From Terriglobia bacterium (GTDB lineage: Bacteria; Acidobacteriota; Terriglobia; UBA7540), in assembly GCA_030036915.1 (NCBI GenBank), contig JASHSC010000697.1, positions 1-30,885 of the forward strand: DNA of 30,885 nucleotides, written 5' to 3'. The position numbers and the translations under genes were made by a program. Shown one piece after another: positions 1 through 8,606 of this stretch (position 1 is its first letter; every line of letters starts with the position of its first letter). The notes under the pieces were generated by a model. That model saw only the letters and a list, made by a program, of their open reading frames with translations, had not been told where the DNA came from and did not search any database.

Positions 1-2
1 AA

Positions 3-1127
3 GGAGATTATGCGGCAACGACTGCGGATGGAATCCTGGTTTCCAAGATTCGGACCTACAAGATGGCAACGATTCTGAACAGGCGGGTGTTGACCCGCGT
101 GACGTACGCCCACCCGGGGCGTAAGGGGGGGGATTCAGTGACCGAGATCCCCGGGGGCCGAGTGCAAATGGCCGAGTCGATGGTTTACAACCGGCAAGCC
201 CTGGGGCAGGTTGGGGAAGCGTCGATCCCTACCACTCTGCCCGAGGAGGAGCGAGGATACATCCGATTCTTCCGGGAGCACTTTGATCTCTATCGGGGAG
301 TGGAAACGGTGCCGGATGCTGCCTTGTTGTATACGCACGCCACCATGGGGTTCAACAATGACCGTCCGGCGGTAAGTTTCATGCTGTTTGCACAGACACT
401 GATTCAAACCAAGGTGCCTTTCGACATTATCTTTGATGAACATCTGAAAGACCTGTCGAAGTATCGGGTGCTGATCTTAGCCGATCAGGAGTGTTTAAGT
501 GATGAGCAACTGGACCTGATCAGGAAATATGTGAAGCAAGGTGGGGGTCTGGTTGCCACGGAACACAGCTCGTTGTATACGGAGTGGCGGCGGAGGCGAC
601 ACGACTTCGGGCTGAAGGATCTGTGGCTGGTGGAAGCGCCGGGTTGGCGAGGAATTAATACCCCGGAGGAAGTGTTAGAGATAATTCCAGTACGCCAACA
701 GGTGGGAAAGGGACGGGTGGTTTATCTAGGAGAGGTGAAGCCTGCGATCGAGAAGCCGCCGACGGTGCCCATGACCAGCCAGTATTGGAAGCTGCCGGAG
801 AATTGGGAAGCTCTATTGGATGCCGTCCGATGGGCGGCGGGGGGACAGATGACGCTGGAGGTGGACGCTCCGCTTACCGTAACCGCTGAGCTATTGAAGC
901 AACCTGCTACGGGACGGCTTCTGTTGCACTTGATCAACTATGATCTGGACCGGACGCCGCAGGTCGAGAAAGTCCAAGTGCACTTACGAGGGCAAGTCGG
1001 CGACAGAGAGGTGATGGTGGTATCACCAGACGGAGCTACAGAGAAGGTGACTCCGACGATGAAAGACGGTCAACTGGCTTTCACCATCTCCACCCTAAAG
1101 GGCTACAGTGTCGCAGTGATCAGCTAG
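3..1127 (+). CDS. 5'-truncated (window edge) putative glycoside hydrolase, GHL6-like / beta-galactosidase trimerisation-domain protein, paralogue 1
   Basis: The frame is open from base 3 (GDYAATTADGILVSKIRTYK) into the tracked ORF at 63 and aligns with DFAGTTEDGILLSKIRSFK of paralogue 2, so ATG 63 is internal. The GATase-like middle domain (LSKYRVLILADQECLSD...YVKQGGGLVAT) is typical of GH42 trimerisation domains. Confidence 0.8.
   Translation, partial: GDYAATTADGILVSKIRTYKMATILNRRVLTRVTYAHPGRKGGDSVTEIPGGRVQMAESMVYNRQALGQVGEASIPTTLPEEERGYIRFFREHFDLYRGVETVPDAALLYTHATMGFNNDRPAVSFMLFAQTLIQTKVPFDIIFDEHLKDLSKYRVLILADQECLSDEQLDLIRKYVKQGGGLVATEHSSLYTEWRRRRHDFGLKDLWLVEAPGWRGINTPEEVLEIIPVRQQVGKGRVVYLGEVKPAIEKPPTVPMTSQYWKLPENWEALLDAVRWAAGGQMTLEVDAPLTVTAELLKQPATGRLLLHLINYDLDRTPQVEKVQVHLRGQVGDREVMVVSPDGATEKVTPTMKDGQLAFTISTLKGYSVAVIS
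448..810 (+). repeat. Near-identical tracts shared by paralogues 1 and 3 (copy A)
   Basis: 448-502 is identical to 4973-5027 (55 bp). 732-810 matches 5257-5335 (79 bp, one mismatch at 769/5294). Both have the same 4525-bp offset. Confidence 0.9.
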
Positions 1128-1340
1128 CGAATTCGTTCATCTCGGCCCTGCTTTTGGCGATACCGAAGACCGCACTGCCAACAGGAGAAACGCGAAATAG
1201 CGGTTGGTGCCGTCGCGACGTGGTGCTGGAATTACGGGAGATTGTTCCCCCGAAGGCGCAGGTTTGTGGACCAAGTGGCCCGTTTTCCGGTTGCCAGATG
1301 ACGTCGGAAGCGCCAGCAATAGAAAAGGTGAGGAGGCTTC

Positions 1341-3473
1341 ATGCGAAGGAGAACGTTTCTTGGAAGCGTAATCGCGACGGGTGTGGCCAAAGGTGCCATT
1401 CCGACCATCCAAGGCTTAGCTTCGTCTTCCTCTGGATCGGGGGAGACTCCACCTGGCCCCACTTGGTTGGGCACCGAGCCCGTCGTCTTTGCAATCAATT
1501 ACGTCCCGCGGATTTTCCTGCGTCGGATCGGTTGGAATGCCAACTGGCTGGAAGCCGATTGGGAAAAAGCGGAAAGCGAAGATTGCGTCCGGCAGCTCAG
1601 AGATTTGGGCGTGAATCTGGTCACTATTGCCTTGTACACGGGGTTTGGCTTGGAAGCAGAGAGCCGAGCCATCGCTGACTCGCGCAAATTCTCAGAACTT
1701 CTCCGGCGCTTTGGGATTCGAGTTGGTGTCTACGTAGGCAGCACCATCATGTACGAAACGTTTCTCCTGGAAAAACCCGAAGCCCAAGAATGGTTTGTCC
1801 CTGATTATCTGGGCAGGCCGGTGAGGTACCCCGGCGCTGGCTGGCATCAACCTCAGCAATCATTTCGCAAGCGGGTCTACTTCATGCATCCGGGCTACCG
1901 CGAATACATGAAGCGAGTTTTGCGAGTCGGGATTGAAGAGTTACATGCCGAACTCATCCACTACGACAACACTTCGCTGATGGCAGCGCCCTCAATTTTT
2001 CAACACCCTCGCGCCATACAAGACTTTCGTACCTATCTACAGAGTCGTTATACACCGGAGGTGTTGGAAGAGAGGTTGGGCTTCTCGGATGTTCGGTATG
2101 TCGAGCCTCCGAAAGATGACGAGCCTCGAAAAACGATTGATGACCCCATATGGCAGGAGTGGGCGGACTTTCGGTGCGAACAGTTGGCGCGCTACTTTGC
2201 TGAGATTAAAGAATATATCCGAAGCCTGAACCCCAACGTGGCCTTGGCTGTGAATGCGCAGTCGGGCCTTAATGGGCACAATACGATTTTAGAACAAGGT
2301 GTCGATTACCCGATGCTGGCGCCGCACATCGATATCTTTTTCAATGAGGAAGGGGATTTTGCAGGGACGACCGAGGACGGGATCCTACTCTCCAAGATTC
2401 GCAGTTTCAAGATGGCGGTGCACCTGAACAAGAGAGTTCTGAGCCGTGTCACTTATGCCCACCCCTCGAAGGGAGGGGAGTCCACATGGGAGACGCCGGG
2501 TGGAATTGCGCAGATGGCCGAATCGATGGTCTACAACCGGCAAAACCTGGGCAACGTCGGTGAGGGTTTGTTCATTCCCACGTTGCCCGACGAGGAACGC
2601 GACTATATCCGCTTCTACGTCGATCACTTTGAGCTTTATCGCGGCGTAGAGACGATCGCTGATGCCGCGTTGTTATATACCCACGCGTCGATGGGATTTA
2701 ACAACGACCGTCCCGCGGTGAGTTTCATGCTCTTTTCGCAGACGTTGATTCAGGCCAAAGTGTCGTTCGACATTATTTTTGATCAACATTTGAACGACCT
2801 ATCGAAATACCCTGTGCTTATCCTTGCCGATCAGGAGTGTTTAAGTGACGAGCAAATGCAACTGATTCGGGAGTATGTTCGTCAAGGCGGCGGCTTGGTG
2901 GCAACCGAACACTCCTCGTTGTATACCCCCTGGCGAGGAAGGCGCAGGGAGTTTGGTCTCAAGGACTTATGGTCAGTAGACGCTCCTCCGTGGCGCGGTG
3001 TGACTCGGCCGGAAGACGTGCTAAAAATCGATCCAGTGCGTCACAAAGTGGGAAATGGACGTGTGGTCTATCTGGCGGAGGTCAAGCCAGCGATTGCGAA
3101 GCCTCCGACAGTTCCCATGACCGACCAATACTGGAAGCTACCGGAGAATTGGGAAGGGTTGGTTGACGCGGTGCGCTGGGCGGCAGGGGGCCGACTGACG
3201 CTGGAGGTGAAAGCGCCGCTGACGGTGACGGTGGAGCTTTTGAGTCAGCCGGAAACAGGAAGGCTCTTATTGCACTTGATTAACTATGACGTGGAGCGGA
3301 CTCCAGAAGTGAAAGATATTCAGGTAAGGGTGCGGAGACCGGACAAAGTAAGGGAAATTACGGTGGTATCGCCCGAGCGCCCGCCGGAGAAGGTGACGCC
3401 AACCATTAGAGGCGGAGAGCTGGCTTTTACCATTTCGAGCTTAAAGGGCTATAGTGTAGCCGTGATTAGCTAA
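1341..3473 (+). CDS. Tat-exported putative glycoside hydrolase (GHL6-like TIM barrel + GH42-type trimerisation domain + C-terminal beta domain), paralogue 2
   Basis: 710 aa ORF with a GGAGG RBS and a twin-arginine leader MRRRTFLGSVIATGVA. Has a barrel-like N-half (QLRDLGVNLVTI, YFMHPGYREY, IHYDNT, FFNEEG), a GH42-like segment (IWQEWADFRCEQLARYFAEIKEYIRSLNPNV) and a GATase-like LSKYPVLILADQ segment. Confidence 0.8.
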   Translation: MRRRTFLGSVIATGVAKGAIPTIQGLASSSSGSGETPPGPTWLGTEPVVFAINYVPRIFLRRIGWNANWLEADWEKAESEDCVRQLRDLGVNLVTIALYTGFGLEAESRAIADSRKFSELLRRFGIRVGVYVGSTIMYETFLLEKPEAQEWFVPDYLGRPVRYPGAGWHQPQQSFRKRVYFMHPGYREYMKRVLRVGIEELHAELIHYDNTSLMAAPSIFQHPRAIQDFRTYLQSRYTPEVLEERLGFSDVRYVEPPKDDEPRKTIDDPIWQEWADFRCEQLARYFAEIKEYIRSLNPNVALAVNAQSGLNGHNTILEQGVDYPMLAPHIDIFFNEEGDFAGTTEDGILLSKIRSFKMAVHLNKRVLSRVTYAHPSKGGESTWETPGGIAQMAESMVYNRQNLGNVGEGLFIPTLPDEERDYIRFYVDHFELYRGVETIADAALLYTHASMGFNNDRPAVSFMLFSQTLIQAKVSFDIIFDQHLNDLSKYPVLILADQECLSDEQMQLIREYVRQGGGLVATEHSSLYTPWRGRRREFGLKDLWSVDAPPWRGVTRPEDVLKIDPVRHKVGNGRVVYLAEVKPAIAKPPTVPMTDQYWKLPENWEGLVDAVRWAAGGRLTLEVKAPLTVTVELLSQPETGRLLLHLINYDVERTPEVKDIQVRVRRPDKVREITVVSPERPPEKVTPTIRGGELAFTISSLKGYSVAVIS

Positions 3474-3576
3474 CGCCGACGAGGGATGCAGGGACAATTT
3501 CCCAAATCCAAGGGAACCACATGCAAAAGCGTTCACTTCCATCTCGTGCTATCGCGAGAGGACGCCGCGAGGCACT

Positions 3577-5691
3577 ATGACGAAAGTGGCAGAACGACTC
3601 CTTTCCGTGTCACTGCCCGGTGATTCCAACTCGGCGCCACGATGGCTGGGCACCGAACCACTCATCCAAGCGGTTAACTACGTCCCGGAAATTTTCGCGC
3701 ACCGTGTGGGGTGGACTGCCACTTGGTTGGGACCCGACTTGCGGAAGGCGGAGGACGAGGAATTCGTTAGGCAGCTCAAGGAAATGGGCGTCAACCTGGT
3801 CAGCATCGCTTTATTCACCGGCTTTGGGCTGGAGGCGGAGAAAGAAGCTATTGCTGATTCAATGAAGTTCTCAGCCTTGTTGAGGCGTTACGGGATTCGA
3901 GTCGGTGTGTACGTGGGTAGCACAATCATGTACGAGACGCTTCTCCTGGAAAAACCCGAAGCACAGGAGTGGTTCGTACCAGACTATCTGGGCAGGCCGG
4001 TGAGGTATTGGGGTTGGAATAATAATAATCAGTCATTTCGCAAGCGGGTCTATTTCATGCATCCCGGCTATCGGGAATATATGAAGAAGGTGCTGCGGGT
4101 AGGGATTGAGGATCTGCACGCGGAACTTATCCATTACGATAACACCTCAGGGATGGCTGATCCCGCGATTTTCCAGCACCCACTGGCGGTGCAGGACTTT
4201 CGGGTCTTCTTAAAGAACCGCTACCCCGCAGAGAAATTGAAGGATCGCTTGGGGTTTTCAGATGTGCGCTATGTAGAGCCTCCGCGGGATGATAAGCCAC
4301 GTAGCACGATTGATGATCCGCTGTGGCAGGAGTGGGCAGATTTTCGGTGTTACCAATTGGCTCGCTACTATGCCGAGCTCAAGGAATTCATCCGGGGTTT
4401 AAACCCTAACGTAGCAATGGCGGTGAACGCGCGATGGGGGATATCAGGGCACAATACGATCTGGGAAGGGGTGGACTATCCGACCCTGGCGCCGCAAATA
4501 GATATTTTGTTCAATGAGGAAGGCGAGACGGCGGCCCATTATGCCGGAATGACCGCAGACGGCATCTTGGTCTCCAAGATTCGCAGCTACAAGTTGGCGA
4601 CGACCCTGAATAAGAGGGTGCTGTGCGTCACGGCGTCCGGCACCCCATCCAAAGGTGGTGACGTGTTTGCTATCCCTGGGGGGAGAGTGCAATTGGCTGA
4701 GTCGATGGTTTACAACCGGCAATGCCTGGGAAACATTGGGGAGGGATTGTTCCTCCCCGCTCTGCCGGAGGAGGAACGAGGGTACATCCGATTCTTTCGA
4801 GAGCACTTTGATCTGTATCGGGGGGTCGAGACGGTGGCGGATGCAGCGTTGTTATATACGCACGCCACCATGGGATTCAACAATGACCGGCCGGCGGTAA
4901 GCTTCATGCTCTTTGCGCAGACGCTGATTCAAGCCAAGGTGCCTTTTGACCTGATTTTTGACGAACATCTCCAAGACCTGTCGAAGTATCGGGTGCTGAT
5001 CTTAGCCGATCAGGAGTGTTTAAGTGACGAGCAATTGGGGCTAATCAGGAAGTATGTGCAGCAAGGCGGAGGCCTGGTAGCGACGGAACACAGCTCTTTG
5101 TACACTGAATGGAGACGGAGGCGACGCGATTTTGGGCTGAAGGACTTATGGCCGGTGGAAGCGCCGGCTTGGCGGGGAATAAGTACTCCAGAGGAAGTGT
5201 CAAAGATAATTCCGGTGCGACAGCAAGTGGGAAAGGGGCGGGTGGTGTATCTCGGCGAGGTGAAGCCTGCGATCGAGAAGCCGCCGACGGTGCTCATGAC
5301 CAGCCAGTATTGGAAGCTGCCGGAGAATTGGGAAGGCTTGGTGGATGCCGTCCGATGGGCGGCGCGGGGGCCGTTAACAGTGGAGGTCGAAGGGCCGCTG
5401 ACGGTGACGGCGGAGTTATTGAGGCAAGCGGAGAGGGGGAGGCTGTTGCTGCACCTGATTAACTACGATCTGGAGCGGACTCCCGAGCTAGAGAATCTTC
5501 GCGTGCGGCTCAGTGGGCGAGAGGAAGTAAAGGATCTTGTATTGCTCTCTCCGGATCGAGGAGATCAGACCTTGACCCCTACGAGCGAGGAGGGCGGGGT
5601 TGTTTTTACCGTACCCACATTGAAGGGCTACAGCGTGGTGGTCATCAACTATAGCACTTGTTGGAATACCCAAAATGCCCCAAAGGGCTAG
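3577..5691 (+). CDS. Putative glycoside hydrolase, GHL6-like / trimerisation-domain protein, paralogue 3 (no evident signal peptide)
   Basis: 704 aa ORF collinear with paralogue 2 from WLGTEP to the C-terminus. No RRxFL motif or hydrophobic leader. The start codon is uncertain (weak RBS). Confidence 0.8.
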   Translation: MTKVAERLLSVSLPGDSNSAPRWLGTEPLIQAVNYVPEIFAHRVGWTATWLGPDLRKAEDEEFVRQLKEMGVNLVSIALFTGFGLEAEKEAIADSMKFSALLRRYGIRVGVYVGSTIMYETLLLEKPEAQEWFVPDYLGRPVRYWGWNNNNQSFRKRVYFMHPGYREYMKKVLRVGIEDLHAELIHYDNTSGMADPAIFQHPLAVQDFRVFLKNRYPAEKLKDRLGFSDVRYVEPPRDDKPRSTIDDPLWQEWADFRCYQLARYYAELKEFIRGLNPNVAMAVNARWGISGHNTIWEGVDYPTLAPQIDILFNEEGETAAHYAGMTADGILVSKIRSYKLATTLNKRVLCVTASGTPSKGGDVFAIPGGRVQLAESMVYNRQCLGNIGEGLFLPALPEEERGYIRFFREHFDLYRGVETVADAALLYTHATMGFNNDRPAVSFMLFAQTLIQAKVPFDLIFDEHLQDLSKYRVLILADQECLSDEQLGLIRKYVQQGGGLVATEHSSLYTEWRRRRRDFGLKDLWPVEAPAWRGISTPEEVSKIIPVRQQVGKGRVVYLGEVKPAIEKPPTVLMTSQYWKLPENWEGLVDAVRWAARGPLTVEVEGPLTVTAELLRQAERGRLLLHLINYDLERTPELENLRVRLSGREEVKDLVLLSPDRGDQTLTPTSEEGGVVFTVPTLKGYSVVVINYSTCWNTQNAPKG
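4973..5335 (+). repeat. Near-identical tracts shared by paralogues 1 and 3 (copy B)
   Basis: Partner of 448-810; read directly from the sequence. Confidence 0.9.
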
Positions 5692-5746
5692 GGTCATTGT
5701 GGATAGCCCAGGAATGCTACTAATTGCGAGAGAGAAAGGGGGAGCG

Positions 5747-6964
5747 ATGCAAACAACGACGCAGGACTATAAAGCACAATTAGTTGATTATCTCGGTCAT
5801 TTTGTCCGAATCCGAAGCCGCAGTTCGGCCTCGGGCGGGGAGGAGGGAGAACTCCAGCAGCTAATCGCTAACATTATGCGCCGGACGGGCGCCCGTGTGA
5901 GGGTCTTTGAGCCTTGTGATATTCCCGAGTTCCAAAAGCACTCGCTTTGCCACGGTCCAACCCGGCAATACAGCAATCGACCGACGGTTATCGGTGAACT
6001 GGGGCCTGAAGACGCCCCGGCACTTTTGATTATGGCCCACAGTGACACCGTCCAGATTTTTGAACCGGACCGGTGGACCGTTGATCCTTTTTGTGGGGAA
6101 CTGCGAGACGGATCAATTTATGGGCTCGGCGCTTCGGACGACAAATGGGGGCTGGCAACCATGCTCACCATCATGCAAGCGGTCCAGGACTCCGGGAAAC
6201 CCTTAGAGAAGAAGCTGATCTTTGCCTCCACGATTGATGAGGAGAATGGCGTTGGCAATGGGATGCTCCTCTTACATCTGGCCGGTATTAAAGCGGAGGC
6301 AGCTCTCTATCTGGATTCAAGGTGTATGGCGATCAACGTCGGTTGTCTGGGAGGATCCAATTTGTACCTGCGGCCCAAGGAACCCCTTTCAAAAGAACAA
6401 TTTGCTCGTGACGTCAGGCTACTCACAAATGCTTGCGAGACTCTCAGCGGGAAAAGGGCTATCCTTTTCGAAAGGCCATTTTACGACCATAACTTAATCC
6501 GAGATACCTCGCTCATAGTGTACGAGAGAAAAGATGACCAAGGCCCCTTCATTTTCGTCGCCTTCTACACGTTACCGGGCGAGGACGCAGCGACATTTTG
6601 CACCCAATTAGAAACACTTATCGACGATACCCTATGCGGAAGAGCCTCGGCCTATGATAAGAGCTACCGCCGACCCTGGTTCGAACCTGCCTTGATCCCC
6701 GCGGGAACGCCTCTCCTGAGGTTCCTGACGGCAAGCTTCCGTGCGGTATTAGGAGTCGACCCCGTTGTCAGCACCATCTCCAAACAAGATAGCTTTGTGC
6801 TCTCCAATCATGCCGGAATCCCGACTGTATCTTTCGGTGGCAAACGAAAAGGCATGAGCCCCGGGGGGCCTCACACTCCGAACGAGTGCATGGAGGTTAC
6901 GGATCTTTGGGACGGGTTTCGAGTAGCCCAAGCTGCAGTATTTGACTGGCTAAAATCTTCGTAG
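5747..6964 (+). CDS. M20/M25/M40 family metallohydrolase (ArgE/DapE-like deacylase or peptidase)
   Basis: Motifs MAHSDTV, IYGLGASDDKWG, IDEENG and PHTPNE supply the di-metal ligands. ATG 5747 follows a GGGGGAG RBS; the tracked start at 5675 overlaps the previous gene and is less likely. Confidence 0.85.
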   Translation: MQTTTQDYKAQLVDYLGHFVRIRSRSSASGGEEGELQQLIANIMRRTGARVRVFEPCDIPEFQKHSLCHGPTRQYSNRPTVIGELGPEDAPALLIMAHSDTVQIFEPDRWTVDPFCGELRDGSIYGLGASDDKWGLATMLTIMQAVQDSGKPLEKKLIFASTIDEENGVGNGMLLLHLAGIKAEAALYLDSRCMAINVGCLGGSNLYLRPKEPLSKEQFARDVRLLTNACETLSGKRAILFERPFYDHNLIRDTSLIVYERKDDQGPFIFVAFYTLPGEDAATFCTQLETLIDDTLCGRASAYDKSYRRPWFEPALIPAGTPLLRFLTASFRAVLGVDPVVSTISKQDSFVLSNHAGIPTVSFGGKRKGMSPGGPHTPNECMEVTDLWDGFRVAQAAVFDWLKSS

Positions 6965-7101
6965 ATTCTGAGCAATTGCCCGTCCGGGTCATGGAGGGAA
7001 TATTTTGTAGCAAATCTTAATGGAAAAGCGCTCGCGCTCACATTCCGCCCCCAGCAGAGAGGCCGACCTCCGCTTGGCAGGTAGGTATCCAAGCCCGCCC
7101 T

Positions 7102-7129
7102 GCGTGCCCCCTTTGCAGGCGGGGCACGC
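7102..7129. other. GC-rich hairpin (9-bp perfect stem, 10-nt loop); possible terminator or REP-like palindrome
   Basis: GCGTGCCCC (7102-7110) pairs with GGGGCACGC (7121-7129). No U-tract follows. Confidence 0.4.
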
Positions 7130-7401
7130 TGACTTGGGGCCGAGTGGAAAATTCGAGGAAGGGGACCTACACTGCCGGCCTCTAGGGGATGGACGATCCC
7201 AGCAGCCTCAAGGTGGTATTTCGTTTTGCCACCGATCCGAGCAAGCCCCAATTCACCGATCCGACGGCACCCAACTTCACAACTGTGTCAACCAGCATGA
7301 TGACAAATCGGGCAATTTGAGCGACCGGGCGGATCAAGTTGTTCACCTACGGGCCAGCCGCCCCGTTGAAAGCCGACAGCGAACGGAGTCACACCTTTCG
7401 C

Positions 7402-7551
7402 ATGGGGAACATTGCGAGCATCGAGGATGACAAGGTCACGCTGCGGGTTGACTTTGCTCGAGCGAGTCCCATTGAGCGCATTGAGGTTCGCAACGGGATC
7501 GAGACCATCAAGGTCTTCCACCCGTACACGGCCGAGGACCTGGGCTCGCGC
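7402..7551 (+). pseudogene. Isolated internal fragment resembling DUF3604-domain proteins
   Basis: MGNIASIEDDKVTLRVDFARASPIERIEVRNGIETIKVFHPYTAEDLGSR recalls the MGDI...SPIERIEIRNG...PY...LG segment of DUF3604 proteins (from memory, not searched). The rest of tracked ORF 7339-7983 is antisense to comA. Confidence 0.5.
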
Positions 7552-7571
7552 ATGCTCGACCCCGATCTATT

Positions 7572-8378
7572 TTATAAACGCCTAGTAAGGGAAGGCCCTC
7601 CAGTGCCCAGACCAACCCGAGTGGCCTCCGTATCCATGATGGAGCCGGGCGCCACGTTGGCGAGATTTACATCGGGCCCCAGATATGAAATGAGGGCTCT
7701 CTTCATACTGTCGATGTCGCAATGGCGCACGTCGCTGATCCAAGGGCCCGGCAATTCAATCATGACCTTTTTCAAGTCCAATGATCGGGCGAGCAATTCG
7801 ATGGTACTCTGGAGCAACCTGCCGTTCTCAACGAGTTCCGCCGCCTCGACGAGAACCAGCGCCGCGCCACTTGCAAAGCAATCCTTGGCTTGCTCCACCA
7901 AGAGACTCGGTTGGCTCTTGGTTTCTTTGGAACCAATTTCGCCGAACACGATTAGTCCGGCACTCACTGCCGCGCAAATCTGATTTCGGCGCTGCTGTGG
8001 GGTAAGGGGCACGACATTGTCTGATATCTCAATCGCTGCATAGCCCAGCGAAAGGGCTTCCTCGTAAAACTGGGGAAGCGCTTGTTCACCAGCGGTGGCA
8101 AAGACGTACTCGTGAAATTGCCCACCGAGAAACGGCCGTACCTGTGCTTGACGGTATAAATCAAGTTTGGCTTCTAGCGTTTCGCGCTTATAGAGGCGGG
8201 AAGTCCCTGTCTTGAACTTGGCAAGATCGAAGTAATCGCCGGCCATATCGATGAGGTCACGTGTGGCACCAAGAGGTAAGCCGTTGTCGATGATCATCGT
8301 AAGACCCGATTGACGCGGCTTTCTCTGACTTCGTGTTCCAATGATGGGGACGAACTCGAATGGTGCTTTGGCGGTCAT
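7572..8378 (-). CDS. comA: Phosphosulfolactate synthase (ComA)-like protein
   Basis: ComA hallmarks: KPRQSGLTMIIDNG, AGDYFDLAKFKTGTS, IEISDNVV, GEIGSK, LVLVEA, IELP, GPDVNLANV. ATG 8378 has a GGAG RBS upstream; the tracked start at 8426 is less likely. Confidence 0.85.
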   Translation of the reverse strand: MTAKAPFEFVPIIGTRSQRKPRQSGLTMIIDNGLPLGATRDLIDMAGDYFDLAKFKTGTSRLYKRETLEAKLDLYRQAQVRPFLGGQFHEYVFATAGEQALPQFYEEALSLGYAAIEISDNVVPLTPQQRRNQICAAVSAGLIVFGEIGSKETKSQPSLLVEQAKDCFASGAALVLVEAAELVENGRLLQSTIELLARSLDLKKVMIELPGPWISDVRHCDIDSMKRALISYLGPDVNLANVAPGSIMDTEATRVGLGTGGPSLTRRL

Positions 8379-8606
8379 GACATGAGCTCCAAGGTATCGA
8401 TACTGGAAACGTGTACTCGGGGACAATTCGGTTTGCTTATCGCGGGCGGAAAACTCTTCAGCCCAGCGAGCGATGAAGTTAAATTATCTAGTATCTTTAC
8501 CTAGCCTCCATGAAGAGTATAGAGGCCAAACGCCGGTAGAATGCTTTAGGATGACAAGGACGCCCGCGAATGTCAAGCTGAGGCAAGAGGGAGTAAATCG
8601 CATCGT

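Noticed and set aside
63-65. ATG 63 as the start of a 354-aa protein
   Set aside because: Homology to paralogues 2 and 3 continues upstream in frame to the window edge, so the gene is 5'-truncated.
7339-7983. 214-aa ORF as an intact gene
   Set aside because: Only about 50 aa look protein-like (DUF3604-like); the remainder is the antisense shadow of comA.
7572-8378. Coenzyme M biosynthesis cluster
   Set aside because: No comB, comC, comDE or other CoM genes are recognisable in the window.
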